A stretch of DNA of 64,000 nt from Abditibacteriaceae bacterium (lineage in GTDB: Bacteria; Armatimonadota; Abditibacteriia; Abditibacteriales; Abditibacteriaceae). Below the pieces are notes generated by a model, which was not told the DNA's origin, ran no database searches, and saw nothing but the letters and a program-made list of their open reading frames with translations. Shown here one piece after another: positions 52,611-63,219 of this stretch; position 1 is the stretch's first letter, and each line of letters begins with the position of its first letter. The translations under genes were made by a program, and so were the position numbers. The stretch lies in contig OZ255721.1 of assembly GCA_965277285.1 (NCBI GenBank), positions 1,760,001 to 1,824,000 of the forward strand, given 5' to 3'.

Positions 52611-53072
52611 TTAGCTATCGACAGGTGGTTTGTAAATTACAATATTTGGCTTTTTGAATTCGTGTAGTTCCACAGCGGAGATTATTAGTTCAGGAAAATA
52701 GTCCTTACGTAATATTTTTTCGGCTGCCTCTTTTATTCTATTCTCGACATCTTCGTTTAATTGTAGAACACCGATGCCGTCGTATTCCTCAATAATCTCG
52801 TCGTCTCCTTTTGCGCAGGTGTGATCGAAGCCGAACCAGTATTCCACTTGTGTACAGTCTGGGTAGAGATCATCATCATCTCCGATGTATATGGCAATCC
52901 CTTTGAGTGGGCCAAATTGTTTTTTAGTAATTTTCTTCTCGATAATTTTCTTAAATTGCCTGTACTCTCTTGCTAAGCCTTTGCCTATACGCTTCGATTC
53001 CTTTTCTTTGTCCTCTTTATGGAAGGTCAAATACTGGAAGAAAGTTACGTTAATTCGAAATTTCGTTTTCAT
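52611..53072 (-). CDS. Hypothetical protein (AT-rich islet)
   Basis: 153-aa ORF in low-GC DNA. Confidence 0.6.
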   Translation of the reverse strand: MKTKFRINVTFFQYLTFHKEDKEKESKRIGKGLAREYRQFKKIIEKKITKKQFGPLKGIAIYIGDDDDLYPDCTQVEYWFGFDHTCAKGDDEIIEEYDGIGVLQLNEDVENRIKEAAEKILRKDYFPELIISAVELHEFKKPNIVIYKPPVDS

Positions 53073-53102
53073 AGACTTCTTGTGCAGGATGCAAATGGCA
53101 AT

Positions 53103-53348
53103 TTAACTGGAAGTGCGCTTAGTGCGAGTGGTTTTATCCGTAATCCAATCAATAAAGTCGGCCAAAGGGACAGAGTAGTATTTTGGCGATCCACTGGGCT
53201 TCCAAAGTAAACCCGAAGGTTTGATACGAATGGTTCCTATTGTGTTCCCATCACTGTCCATGATGGTTTCTTCGATATATACGGGCGACTTAAACTTATT
53301 TATGTATTCGGGCATCGAATTTCCTTTTGTAGAGAATATTGAGGTCAA
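53103..53348 (-). CDS. Small hypothetical protein
   Basis: 81-aa ORF; the true start may be the internal MPEY after an AAAGGA RBS. Confidence 0.5.
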   Translation of the reverse strand: MTSIFSTKGNSMPEYINKFKSPVYIEETIMDSDGNTIGTIRIKPSGLLWKPSGSPKYYSVPLADFIDWITDKTTRTKRTSS

Positions 53349-53401
53349 TATACAACAAAGAAAGACCGAATGGAAATGACCTCACTCTCTTCATATCTAT
53401 C

Positions 53402-56362
53402 TCACAACGCGTCGCGCACACGTTCAAAGATGGCGTGCACTTTTCGAGTACTCGAACTCCACTGCTCTTCAAATTTTTCCTGTGCAACTTCGGTACTTTC
53501 GTCGGGAAACAGGGCGCGCGACAGGTTGATGAACTCCTTAGTGCCGCGTTTGACGACGCGCGGCGCGTTTTCCTGCGTGATTTGCAAGCGCAATTCCATC
53601 CGGCGAAAGAAGATGTAAGCGTTCGTCAAATCGTTGGCGGAAGGTTCATCGAGTACGCGAACTTCGCGCGCGGCTTCGATTTGGCGCAAGGTGTTGGGCG
53701 TTTGCAAATTGAGAAATTGCGCGCCATATTTCATCGCCAGCCATTGCGCCGTCCATTCGATGTCGCTCAACGTTCCGCTTCCCAGTTTCACATCGAAAAC
53801 GTCATTGGCGCGTTTGCCGCGCTCGTTTTCGACGCGACTTTTGATGTGGCGCAGTTCATCGCTCCACTCGCTGCGCCACACAGGGGGAAACGCGACGTGA
53901 CGAATCGCGGCTTGCAGTTTGGCGGCGCTGGCCGGATTTCCCGCCACAAAACGCGAGCGCGTGAGAGCCTGACGTTCCCACGAGGCCAAACCGCCGCTTC
54001 CTCGCTCAAAATATTCCAGATAAGAGGCGACGCTGCGCGCCAGAGCGCCGCTTTGTCCTTCGGGGCGCAGGCGCGCATCCATCTCGAAACCTTGTCCGTC
54101 GGACGTTCTTTCGCCGACCCAGCGCATCAGTTTTTCGGCCCACGCGACGGCGATTTCATGGTTTCGAGTACTCGATGCGCCAAAACTATCGAAGACGAAC
54201 ATCACGTCGCAATCGCTGGCGTAGTGCATTTCGCCGCCGCCCAACTTTCCCATGCCGATCACAGAGAACGCGACCATTTCCGAAGTCGGACGCAATTCGT
54301 TGCCGATTTCCGCGACGCCCAAACCGATGCAACTTGAAGCTAAATCAGAAATCTCGCGCGCCGTCTCAACTGGCGAAACATCCAAAACCAGATCGCGCAA
54401 ACCGATTCTCACCAGTTCGCGGGCGCGCCAACGTCGCATCGCGGACGCGCGATCTCGAAACGCCAGAACATAATCGCGTGCTTCGGCTCGCGCGCTTTCG
54501 CCTGTTTTACTTTGCGATAAAACCGTTTGATTGGCCGCCAGATCGAGCAACTGCGGCGCGGCGATCAGCGAATCGGAAAGCCGTTGCGAACCGCCCAAAA
54601 TCGCGTAAACGGCGCGCGCCAATCGCGGCGAAGCGGCCAGGCTGCGCAACAAACTCAAGCGATTACCGGACGCCTCGCACAAGTTTTCCAGGTTCGCAAC
54701 CGCGCGTTCTGGATCAGCGGCGTGTTCAATTTCGCTCAACGCATCTGGCAAAACCACGCGAATCTGGCGCGACAGCGGCGCCGGAAGCGGTCGCGTTGGT
54801 GTTCCGTTGGCCAAGCGTTCGAGACGACGTTGAACGTCTGCGGAATGATGAATGATGAAGGATGAAGGATGAAGCACCGAACTTTCATCCTTCATCCTTC
54901 CGCCTTCATCCTTTCCTTCGCGCCATCCCCAAAACAGCCGCTCGCACAAGGCGCGAATCTTCGTGCGATGATGCGCCAGTTCTTCGTCTAAACGTTTGGC
55001 GACGGCTTCACCGCGCCCGACAAATTCCATTCTGCGCGCCAGTGCTGCGCGTTCTTTCACGTCTTTGGGCACGACGCGAACCGCGCGCTCATCGCGCAAT
55101 TGTAAGCGGTGTTCGAGTACTCGAAGAAACAGATAACCGTCGCGCAAATCGCGTGTTTCATCGAAGGAAAGCGCGCCAAATTCGTGCAGCGATTTCAACG
55201 CGTTCAAAGTGTTTTTGACGCGCGCTTTTTTGTGGCTGGGGCCGATCATCATTTGCAATTGCTGCACGATCCATTCGGCGTCTCGAATCGCGCCCGCGCC
55301 TTGCTTGACGTTGCGCGCGTCGCGGCCTTCGGGCGTGTTTTCACTGCGACGCTTCATCTCCACGACTTCCTGCAAATGCGCGTCATCGGCGCGGCGCGCC
55401 CACGTAATGTCGCGCACGAACTTGCGAAAACGACGACCAAGCTTTGCGTTTCCCGCAATGACGCGCGCTTTAATCATGGCTTGCCATTCCCACGCAGCGG
55501 CGTAACTTTCGTAGTAACTGAGCGCGTAATTCAAAGGCGTCGCCAATGTTCCACTTTTGCCGTCGGGACGCAAGCGCATATCGACGCGGAACATCGCGCC
55601 GCTCGGCGAATTATCGCCCAAGGCTTTCAACAATCTTTCGCCTAACAGGTTCATCGTCTCACTTTCGCCGTCATGCACAAAAATCAAGTCGATGTCACTG
55701 GAATAATTCAGTTCGCGCGCGCCCAACTTTCCCATACCGATGACGAAAAACGGCGCTGTATTTTGCGGATCGAGTACTCGAAGCGTCGCTTGAACGCAAA
55801 CTATCGCCAGATCGGAAATTTGTCGCACGACCAAGCTGAAATCTTCCGCATCGCGTTCGGTGTGAAGTTCCATATCGAGCAGCCCGATGCGCAAAGTTTG
55901 CTCGCGGCGAAAACGGCGCAACGCTTCGATTTTGTCTTTTTCATTGTGGGAATCTTCAACGCTTTGCTGCGCCAGAACGCGCAACTGCGGGCGCGAAATT
56001 TCTTGCGGCACATTTCGCACAAACTCCAGCAATTCGGGGCGACGAATCAAGGTATCGGCCAAGGATTGCGACCAGCTCAAAAGACGAAATAAACGCCAGC
56101 GAAAATCGTCGTTTTCCAACTCGTTCAAAAAGGCGCGCCGTTGCGGAACATTGTCGGCCAAATTGGTCAAGTTGAGCAGCGACAAAGCCGCGTCCGGCGC
56201 TTCGATCAAGTCGTGAATGAGCGATTCGAGTACTCGATGGAAGATTGCGCGTTCGTCATCGGTTTTGGCAAGAGAAAGCAACAGTTTTGCGGCGCGCTGC
56301 GGTTCGGGAAAGTTGGCGGCTTCGAGTTGAGCGCGCAAGGTTTCAGGGTTGTGATTGGTCAT
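53402..56362 (-). CDS. glnE: Glutamine synthetase adenylyltransferase
   Basis: Two NT domains: MGKLGARELNYSSDID and MGKLGGGEMHYASDCD; two D.RLRP.G motifs. Confidence 0.93.
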   Translation of the reverse strand: MTNHNPETLRAQLEAANFPEPQRAAKLLLSLAKTDDERAIFHRVLESLIHDLIEAPDAALSLLNLTNLADNVPQRRAFLNELENDDFRWRLFRLLSWSQSLADTLIRRPELLEFVRNVPQEISRPQLRVLAQQSVEDSHNEKDKIEALRRFRREQTLRIGLLDMELHTERDAEDFSLVVRQISDLAIVCVQATLRVLDPQNTAPFFVIGMGKLGARELNYSSDIDLIFVHDGESETMNLLGERLLKALGDNSPSGAMFRVDMRLRPDGKSGTLATPLNYALSYYESYAAAWEWQAMIKARVIAGNAKLGRRFRKFVRDITWARRADDAHLQEVVEMKRRSENTPEGRDARNVKQGAGAIRDAEWIVQQLQMMIGPSHKKARVKNTLNALKSLHEFGALSFDETRDLRDGYLFLRVLEHRLQLRDERAVRVVPKDVKERAALARRMEFVGRGEAVAKRLDEELAHHRTKIRALCERLFWGWREGKDEGGRMKDESSVLHPSSFIIHHSADVQRRLERLANGTPTRPLPAPLSRQIRVVLPDALSEIEHAADPERAVANLENLCEASGNRLSLLRSLAASPRLARAVYAILGGSQRLSDSLIAAPQLLDLAANQTVLSQSKTGESARAEARDYVLAFRDRASAMRRWRARELVRIGLRDLVLDVSPVETAREISDLASSCIGLGVAEIGNELRPTSEMVAFSVIGMGKLGGGEMHYASDCDVMFVFDSFGASSTRNHEIAVAWAEKLMRWVGERTSDGQGFEMDARLRPEGQSGALARSVASYLEYFERGSGGLASWERQALTRSRFVAGNPASAAKLQAAIRHVAFPPVWRSEWSDELRHIKSRVENERGKRANDVFDVKLGSGTLSDIEWTAQWLAMKYGAQFLNLQTPNTLRQIEAAREVRVLDEPSANDLTNAYIFFRRMELRLQITQENAPRVVKRGTKEFINLSRALFPDESTEVAQEKFEEQWSSSTRKVHAIFERVRDAL

Positions 56363-56413
56363 GGTGCAAACATCCGTGTATACTCATTGTAGAAACATCG
56401 ACAAAGGCTTGAT

Positions 56414-56656
56414 ATGCAAACTCGCGTGCAAAAATGGGGCAACAGTCTGGCGGTGCGCATTCCAAAATCGTGCGCGCAGGAAACGCATCTCGATTTGAAC
56501 ACGATTGTAAACGTTTCGGTCGAGGAAGGTCGTATTGTGCTGGCGCCCTCTTCGCCCGCCAAACCAACACTCAGCAGCTTGCTCGAAGGCGTTTCAAAAC
56601 ACAACCTGCACGCGGAAACCGAAAGCGGCGCGGTCGCTGGTCGGGAGGCGTGGTAA
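56414..56656 (+). CDS. mazE: MazE antitoxin (AbrB fold)
   Basis: VQKWGNSLAVRIP; C-terminal G.E.W. Confidence 0.92.
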   Translation: MQTRVQKWGNSLAVRIPKSCAQETHLDLNTIVNVSVEEGRIVLAPSSPAKPTLSSLLEGVSKHNLHAETESGAVAGREAW

Positions 56657-56989
56657 GTGGCGTATGTCCCCGAGCGCGGCGATGTCGTTTTCATCAGTTT
56701 GAACCCGCAGGCCGGTCACGAGCAAGCCGGTCGCCGTCCGGCGCTGGTGATTTCGCCTGCGAGCTACAATCGCAAAGTCGGTCTGGCGCTGCTCTGCCCG
56801 ATTACGAACCAAATCAAAGGTTATCCGTTTGAAGTCGATTTGCCGCAAGGTTTGAACATAATCGGAACAATTTTGTCGGATCAAGTCAAAAGTCTCGATT
56901 GGCGCGCGCGAAAAGCGACGAAAATCGGCGCGCTCCCAACGCAAATCGTCAACGAAGTGCTGGATAAAGCGCGGACACTGCTGGATTAA
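56657..56989 (+). CDS. mazF: MazF endoribonuclease toxin
   Basis: YVPERGD, PQAGHEQAGRRPALVIS, KGYPFEV, DQVKSLDW. Confidence 0.93.
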   Translation: MAYVPERGDVVFISLNPQAGHEQAGRRPALVISPASYNRKVGLALLCPITNQIKGYPFEVDLPQGLNIIGTILSDQVKSLDWRARKATKIGALPTQIVNEVLDKARTLLD

Positions 56990-56997
56990 GTTTGTAG

Positions 56998-58164
56998 ATG
57001 AGTCTTATGCAACAACGCACGCGCCTGTATTTCGACAACGCCGCGACAACGCCAATCTCCCAAGCCGCGCGCGCGGCTCTGGACGAATCGAGTACTCGTT
57101 GCGGCAATGCCAGCAGCCCTTATGAAATCGGGCGCACCAGCCGCATGACAATTGATCGCGCGCGTGGCGAAGTGGCCAAACTGATCGGCGCGCAAACCGA
57201 TGAAATCGTGTTCACGAGCGGTGGAACCGAAAGCGATAACTGGGCGCTGTTGGGAATTGCGCTGAAAAACCTGGAAAGTCGCGGTCATTTTATCGTGTCG
57301 GCGATTGAACATCACGCGATTTTGGAACCCGTCGAAACGCTCAAAGAACTGGGTTTTGAGGTTTCAATTGCGCCAGTCAATTGCGATGGAATTGTCTGTC
57401 CGCAAACCTTAAAAAGTTTGATGCGCGACGATACGAAATTGGTTTCCGTGATGAAAGTCAATAACGAAACCGGCGTGATTCAGCCGATTCGGGAACTGGC
57501 GCAAATTGCACATGAAAGCGGCGCGCTGTTTCATTCGGACTCGGTGCAAGCGATTGGGAAAGTCATTGTAAACGTTGACGATTTGGGCGTTGATTTGATG
57601 AGTTTAAGCGCGCACAAGTTTGGCGGCAGCAAAGGCGCGGGCGCGTTGTACATTCGTCGCGGTGTGAAGATGCAGGCGCTGTTGCGCGGCGGCGGACAAG
57701 AACGAGGGCGTCGCGCCGGAACCGAAAATGTTCCCGCCATTGCCGCGATGGGCGCCGCCGCCAAAGAAGCGCGCGAATGTTTTGAGAACCATGTCGCGCA
57801 TTTGACACGTTTGCGCGAGCGTTTTGAAAGTGGCGTTCGAGTACTCGATTGTGCGCGCATCAATGCGGAAACGGCACCGCGCGCGCCGCACATCGTCAAC
57901 CTTCAGCTTGCCAACGTGCGCGCCGAAAGTCTGGCGATGAAGCTGGATTTGAGCGGCATCGCGGTTGGAACCGGCTCGGCCTGCGCGAGCGGCGCGTTGG
58001 AACCATCGCACGTCTTGGCCGCGATGGGCAAAACCCGCGACGAAGCGCGTTCCGCATTGCGCGTCAGTTTTGGCGTGCAGAATACGCTCGATGAAGTGGA
58101 TGAGTTTTTGGAAGTGTTAGGAAAATTGAATCACAGAGACACAAAGAACACAGAGAGAAAGTAA
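56998..58164 (+). CDS. iscS: Cysteine desulfurase (IscS/NifS family)
   Basis: YFDNAATT, FTSGGTE, SAHKFGG, GSAC; upstream of mnmA. Confidence 0.9.
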   Translation: MSLMQQRTRLYFDNAATTPISQAARAALDESSTRCGNASSPYEIGRTSRMTIDRARGEVAKLIGAQTDEIVFTSGGTESDNWALLGIALKNLESRGHFIVSAIEHHAILEPVETLKELGFEVSIAPVNCDGIVCPQTLKSLMRDDTKLVSVMKVNNETGVIQPIRELAQIAHESGALFHSDSVQAIGKVIVNVDDLGVDLMSLSAHKFGGSKGAGALYIRRGVKMQALLRGGGQERGRRAGTENVPAIAAMGAAAKEARECFENHVAHLTRLRERFESGVRVLDCARINAETAPRAPHIVNLQLANVRAESLAMKLDLSGIAVGTGSACASGALEPSHVLAAMGKTRDEARSALRVSFGVQNTLDEVDEFLEVLGKLNHRDTKNTERK

Positions 58165-58227
58165 AAGTGTGGTCATTCTGAGCGCAGCGAAGAATCTAAT
58201 ATGAAGTTAGATTCTTCGTTTCACTCA

Positions 58228-59084
58228 GAGGGTGTATAGGAAAGGGTTAGACTTACATTTATGAAACGCCAGAGCTATCCCAGTGATTTGAGCGAGGCAC
58301 AATGGCAAGTGCTGCGCCCTTTGATCGAGCCACAGCGTGCGCGCGGTACGCGCAGGCTTTACGCCCAACGCGAGATCGTCAACGCTTTGTTGTATCAGTT
58401 GACCAACGGCTGCTCGTGGCGTGCTTTGCCTCACGATTTTCCGCCTTACACTGTGGTTTGGTATCACTTCCGGCGCTGGCGTGACAACGGCACTCTCGAA
58501 GGTATCCACAGTTCGTTGCGTTCTCAAGTGCGCCAGGCCGATGGACGGGATGAGGCGCCCAGCGCAGCGATTCTGGACAGCCAGAGCGTCAAAACCACAG
58601 AAAAAGGGGGCCAAAAGGCTTTGATGCAGCCAAGAAAATAAAAGGGCGCAAGCGTCATATTCTGGTGGATACCAACGGCTTGTTGTTGCAAGTGTGTGTT
58701 CATGCTGCCAACGTTCAAGAGCGTGACGGAGCCAAATTACTTTTGCAAGACAAAGCCCTGTGGCGCTTTCCTTCACAACGTTTGCAGTTGATTTGGGCGG
58801 ATGCAGGCTACTGGGGACACAAGTTCGCGGCTTGGGTGCGAGAAAACTGTGGCGTTGCGCTCCGAGTGATAAGCCGCAATGCCCTGGTGAACCGTCAATA
58901 TGAAAACAAAGGCTACGTGCCGTTGCCGCGTCGCTGGGTTGTCGAAAGAACTTTTGCATGGTTGGGAAGATGTCGAAGGCTTTCAAAAGACTATGAGCAA
59001 AATGTCAAATCAAGTGAAACCTGGATTTATCTCGCCATGATCCGGCTTATGCTCCGAAGGCTTGCGTGATTCCTATACACCCTC
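58228..59084 (+). mobile_element. IS5-family element (IS1031-like), 857 bp
   Basis: 15-bp TIRs GAGGGTGTATAGGAA / TTCCTATACACCCTC; TCA target duplication at 58225-58227 and 59085-59087. Confidence 0.9.
58261..59069 (+). CDS. IS5-family transposase in two frames (58261-58641 and 58665-59069), probable -1 frameshift
   Basis: [23 protein letters not shown], then [20 protein letters not shown]; slippery AAAAAGGGGG near 58601. Confidence 0.85.
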
Positions 59085-59215
59085 TCAGAATGACACAATG
59101 CCGCTTCCAAGCGTTTTTCGTTGCTTTTGGGTTTTCCTATACGCCCTCTCAGAATGACACAGTTGCAGCTTTCGAGGACTCGATTCTTCCTCTGCGTTCT
59201 CTGCGGTGAATTGTT

Positions 59216-60292
59216 ATGAAAAAAGTTTTATGCGCGATGAGCGGCGGCGTCGATTCCAGCGTGGCGGCGGCGCTTTTGATTCAACAAGGTTATGAAGTGA
59301 TCGGCGTCACCATGAAGTTGTGGCGCGGCGAAGACGACCCGTTTGCGGCGCATCGTTTCGGCGGCTGCTGCACCATTGGCGCGACCGAAGATGCGCGCCG
59401 CGTCGCCGATATTTTGGACATTCCGTATTACGTCCTCAACATGCAAGAGGAATTTAACGCGCGCGTGGTCGATAATTTCGTGGACGAATATGCGCAAGGT
59501 CGCACGCCGAATCCGTGCGCGCGCTGCAACGAGTTCATCAAGTTCAACGCGTTTTACGAGCGCGCCGAAGAATTGGGCTGCGACCTTGTGGCGACAGGTC
59601 ATTACGCGCGCATCGAGTACTCGAATGCGGAAAATCGCCACAGTTTGCATCGCGGCGAAGACGCCAAAAAAGATCAAAGTTACGTTCTGGGAATGCTGAC
59701 GCAGCCGGAATTGTCGCGCACTTTGTTCCCGATTGGCGACATGGAAAAGCCGCGCGTCCGTGACATCGCCGAAGAACTGGGTTTTTGCGTGGCGCGCAAA
59801 CCCGACAGCCAGGAAATCTGCTTTGTCGAAGACGGCGATCACGCGCGTTTCGTCATCGAACGCGTGCCGCAGCTGGCAAAAACCGGCGATATTGTGGACG
59901 AAAACGGCCAAAAGTTGGGCGAACACAACGGCCTGGCGCGCTACACTGTGGGTCAGCGCAAAGGTTTGGGCATCAGCGCGCCTCTGCCGCTTTTCGTCAC
60001 CAAAATCGACGCGACGAATAACACTTTAATCGTCGGCGACCGCGCCGATTTGCTGCGCGACAGTTTGAGTTGCAGCAATCCAAAATGGGCGTTTTCACCG
60101 GTTGCAAGCGGGCAGAAAGTCTTCGCGCAAACTCGAGCGCACGCACGCGCCGTTCCCGCTGTTGTCGAAAGCGCGGACGAATTCGAGTACTCGATTCGCT
60201 TCGACGAACCTTACGCAGGCGTTTCACCCGGCCAAATGTGCGTCTTATATCGAGACGACAAAGAAGTTTTAGGCGCCGGAACGATCCGGTGA
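59216..60292 (+). CDS. mnmA: tRNA 2-thiouridylase
   Basis: AMSGGVDSS, TPNPC, ATGHYA, KDQSY, DSQEICF, PGQ. Confidence 0.96.
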   Translation: MKKVLCAMSGGVDSSVAAALLIQQGYEVIGVTMKLWRGEDDPFAAHRFGGCCTIGATEDARRVADILDIPYYVLNMQEEFNARVVDNFVDEYAQGRTPNPCARCNEFIKFNAFYERAEELGCDLVATGHYARIEYSNAENRHSLHRGEDAKKDQSYVLGMLTQPELSRTLFPIGDMEKPRVRDIAEELGFCVARKPDSQEICFVEDGDHARFVIERVPQLAKTGDIVDENGQKLGEHNGLARYTVGQRKGLGISAPLPLFVTKIDATNNTLIVGDRADLLRDSLSCSNPKWAFSPVASGQKVFAQTRAHARAVPAVVESADEFEYSIRFDEPYAGVSPGQMCVLYRDDKEVLGAGTIR

Positions 60293-60364
60293 TCAGCAGT
60301 CGGTGGTTAGCGGCCAGTCGAAGCGGCTTCTGACCACTGACCACCAATCACTGACCACTGACTT

Positions 60365-61432
60365 ATGAAACTTAACGAACGACAACGCGCGATTTTGGCT
60401 GCCGTCATCGAACGCTACGTCGAGACGGCGGAGCCGGTTGGTTCGGCGGCTTTGGCGGGCGACGCCGGAATGTTGTCGCGCGTCGGCGTTGTGTCGTCGG
60501 CGACGATCCGCAACGAACTGGCGGAACTGGAAAATCTGGGACTTTTGGCGCATCCGCACACATCTGCGGGACGCGTTCCAACCGACGCCGGTTATCGCTT
60601 GTATGTCAACGAAATGCTGCGGCCTCGCGCCGTCAAGCCGCAGGAACGCGCGCAGATTCATGCGCAGATTTCGACGCCCGCGAGTTCGGTCGAGGACGTT
60701 TTACGCGATGCGTGCGCGGCGCTGGCGAAATTGACGGGTTATCCGGCTGTGGCGACGTTGCCGCACGCCGCGCGCGATACAGTTCGTCAGGTGCAGATCA
60801 ACAATTTGCCGCCGCGTCGCTTGATGCTGGCTTTGGTGACACAAACCGGACGCATCGAGCATCGCGTCTTTGAAGTCGAAGATGTGCCGGACGAACGCCT
60901 GGCGACGGTCGTCAATTTCCTCAATCAAACGCTGAGCGGGCGCACTTTATCAAGCCTTCGCGTACTCGATTTCGCCGAAATTTCCGAAGGTTTGCATGGA
61001 GCCGAAACCATGAGTTTGGCGTCGCGCGCGTTCGAGTTTGTGAAGCAATCGGCGGAAGAGTTGGGCGATGAACGCATCGTGGTGCAAGGTTTGATTACAC
61101 TGCTGGACGAGCCGGAGTTTTCCGACATCGTCACGGCGCGCCGCGCCATGCGCTTGTTTGAAGACGCGGGCGCGATGAACGATCTGCTGCAAGCGCCGCT
61201 CGAACTTTTTCGCCCCGAGAGCGGCTATTCGGTCGTTATCGGGCACGAACTGAGCGCGGTGGAAAACGCCGTCGCGCAACGTTTTTCAGTTGTCGGAATC
61301 GCTTACGGTCTGGGCGACGAAGTGCTGGGAACCGTCGCCGTAATGGGGCCGACGCGCATGAAATACGCGGACGCGGTTTCCCTCGCGCCGGTCTTGGCAC
61401 AACGCTTAAAAAGCAGTCTGGAAACGCTGTGA
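60365..61432 (+). CDS. hrcA: Heat-inducible repressor HrcA
   Basis: EPVGS, SSATIRNE, PHTSAGRVPT, GPTRM.Y. Confidence 0.95.
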   Translation: MKLNERQRAILAAVIERYVETAEPVGSAALAGDAGMLSRVGVVSSATIRNELAELENLGLLAHPHTSAGRVPTDAGYRLYVNEMLRPRAVKPQERAQIHAQISTPASSVEDVLRDACAALAKLTGYPAVATLPHAARDTVRQVQINNLPPRRLMLALVTQTGRIEHRVFEVEDVPDERLATVVNFLNQTLSGRTLSSLRVLDFAEISEGLHGAETMSLASRAFEFVKQSAEELGDERIVVQGLITLLDEPEFSDIVTARRAMRLFEDAGAMNDLLQAPLELFRPESGYSVVIGHELSAVENAVAQRFSVVGIAYGLGDEVLGTVAVMGPTRMKYADAVSLAPVLAQRLKSSLETL

Positions 61433-61480
61433 TAGAGTAATCGAAAACGGGAACCAACAAACTGACCAATTCAAGGAGAG

Positions 61481-62091
61481 ATGATGAACCAGCGAATAAC
61501 GACAGCAGCTATAACTCTTTTTACCTTGGTCACGTTATTGATTTTTCGCACACAACGACCTGCCGTTAACAAGAATAGAAACGATGTGGCGAAAGTTAGC
61601 ATCAAGTTTTCTAAAAGACCGAGTATTATGCGTACGAACCTATTTTTGTGGACATCAGCATCCAAAACATTGGAAAGAATGCAATAAAAGACTTTTACTA
61701 TTTCGGTGATGAACCGTCCGTGCACACTTTCAAAGTTGAAAGCAATTACGGGCAAGCTGCCGATTCCGCATTTATAAAAAGGGTTCGGAAAGAAGCGAAG
61801 GCAAAAGCAGAACGTGGAATGTACGAAAGCAGCAAAATGGTTACACATCCCGATCTTCAACCAGGACAAACTTTTACAGAACGTATTCCTTTGCAGCGTT
61901 ATGTCGATATGTCAGATGTCGCACCTGCTGACATCAAGGTTCAATTAAAGTGGTGTGATACTTGGTCGAACACAATTTCGACTAATGTACGAGCAGAACC
62001 CTACGATCTGAGCGACCATAAAATCAGAAAAAGTGTCACAGAGGAATGGTGGGGTAACCCTGCTGCTTCGACTAAAAAGCCCATTCAGTAG
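61481..62091 (+). pseudogene. Probably frameshifted hypothetical exported protein
   Basis: A signal-peptide ORF (61481-61687) continues plausibly into the frame of 61648-62091 if one base is restored at the A-run 61613-61616. Confidence 0.45.
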
Positions 62092-62161
62092 AAAATCGAG
62101 CATGATATGCTTCACAGGTAATCACGGCTTCCCTCTTCCCTATGACGAATTGGAGACAACA

Positions 62162-62584
62162 ATGCAAAGTGCAATTAACGACAAATCGATGGACAAGACC
62201 GAGACGCTCAACAAATCTGATGTGACGGGCGTGCCTTCCAACGCCAATGACGCGAAAATGGATTCCGGCGTGCAAGGCGATGTTCAAGGTTCACAGAAAA
62301 GTGGCCCGGCTCCTGCGGCGGCAGAAACCGCCGGTCATGCGGGAAGCGATGTCACGGGCGGCGATTTGACGGCGCACCACGATGCGGGCGCGGCGATGCA
62401 GGCCAATCTCGATCAGCGCAATGCCACTGCAGAAGTGCAACAGCAGCAAGGTTTGGGCAACATCGCCAATCAGACCGAGAATTTGAAACCCGCCGCGGCG
62501 CATCCTGAAACCGGCTTGCCGACCAACGCCGACGGCAAGGAATCGTCCGGCGGCGCCAATGCCAACAGCGCCAATGCCAATTGA
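62162..62584 (+). CDS. Hypothetical hydrophilic low-complexity protein
   Basis: GGAG RBS before ATG at 62162; Ala/Gly/Asn-rich. Confidence 0.6.
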   Translation: MQSAINDKSMDKTETLNKSDVTGVPSNANDAKMDSGVQGDVQGSQKSGPAPAAAETAGHAGSDVTGGDLTAHHDAGAAMQANLDQRNATAEVQQQQGLGNIANQTENLKPAAAHPETGLPTNADGKESSGGANANSANAN

Positions 62585-62605
62585 CGAAGAAACTTAAAAA
62601 ACCTT

Positions 62606-63217
62606 ATGAACAACGATTTTTCACAATCTCACGAGAGCGATGCGACGACATCGAGTACTCGATCCGATGAGACGACTTTCAACGATTCGTCACCGAATGG
62701 CAGCGCGCAAATGCCCGATGGGACGGGCGATAACAGCGCGAACGGTACCGATCAGGCTTCTCAGGCTTCGTTCGGTGAGGAAGCGGCGCGCGTAGTTGCC
62801 GAAAACGAAGACCGCTTTTTGCGCGCCGTGGCAGAATTGGAAAACTTCAAGCGCCAGGCGGCGCGCCGCGAAACTGAAGCCCGCGAACGCGCCTCGCGCA
62901 ACGTCATCGAAGATTTGCTGCCCGTTTTAGACAACTTCGAGCGCGCCCTGGAAGCCGCTCGCACCGCCAAAGATGTCGAAGGCGTGCGCATGGGCATCGA
63001 ATTTATCGCGCAGCAGTTGCGTGATGCCTTGAAAGGTCACGGCGTCGAAAGCATCGAAGCGCTGGGCCAAAAGTTCGATCCGCTAAAACACGACGCGCTC
63101 GAAGAAGTCGCCGAAAGCGGTCATCCCGAAGGCACCGTTTTGAGCGAAGCGCAACGCGGTTATTTGTATAAAGGCCAGGTTTTGCGTCCCAGTCGCGTGC
63201 GCGTGGCGGGAAAATAA
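62606..63217 (+). CDS. grpE: Nucleotide exchange factor GrpE
   Basis: AELENFKR, LLPVLDNFERA, FDP..H.A, LRPSRV.V. Confidence 0.95.
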   Translation: MNNDFSQSHESDATTSSTRSDETTFNDSSPNGSAQMPDGTGDNSANGTDQASQASFGEEAARVVAENEDRFLRAVAELENFKRQAARRETEARERASRNVIEDLLPVLDNFERALEAARTAKDVEGVRMGIEFIAQQLRDALKGHGVESIEALGQKFDPLKHDALEEVAESGHPEGTVLSEAQRGYLYKGQVLRPSRVRVAGK

Positions 63218-63219
63218 AC

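Noticed and set aside
60293..60364. CIRCE operator upstream of hrcA
   Set aside because: No TTAGCACTC-N9-GAGTGCTAA match seen; only heptamer repeats.
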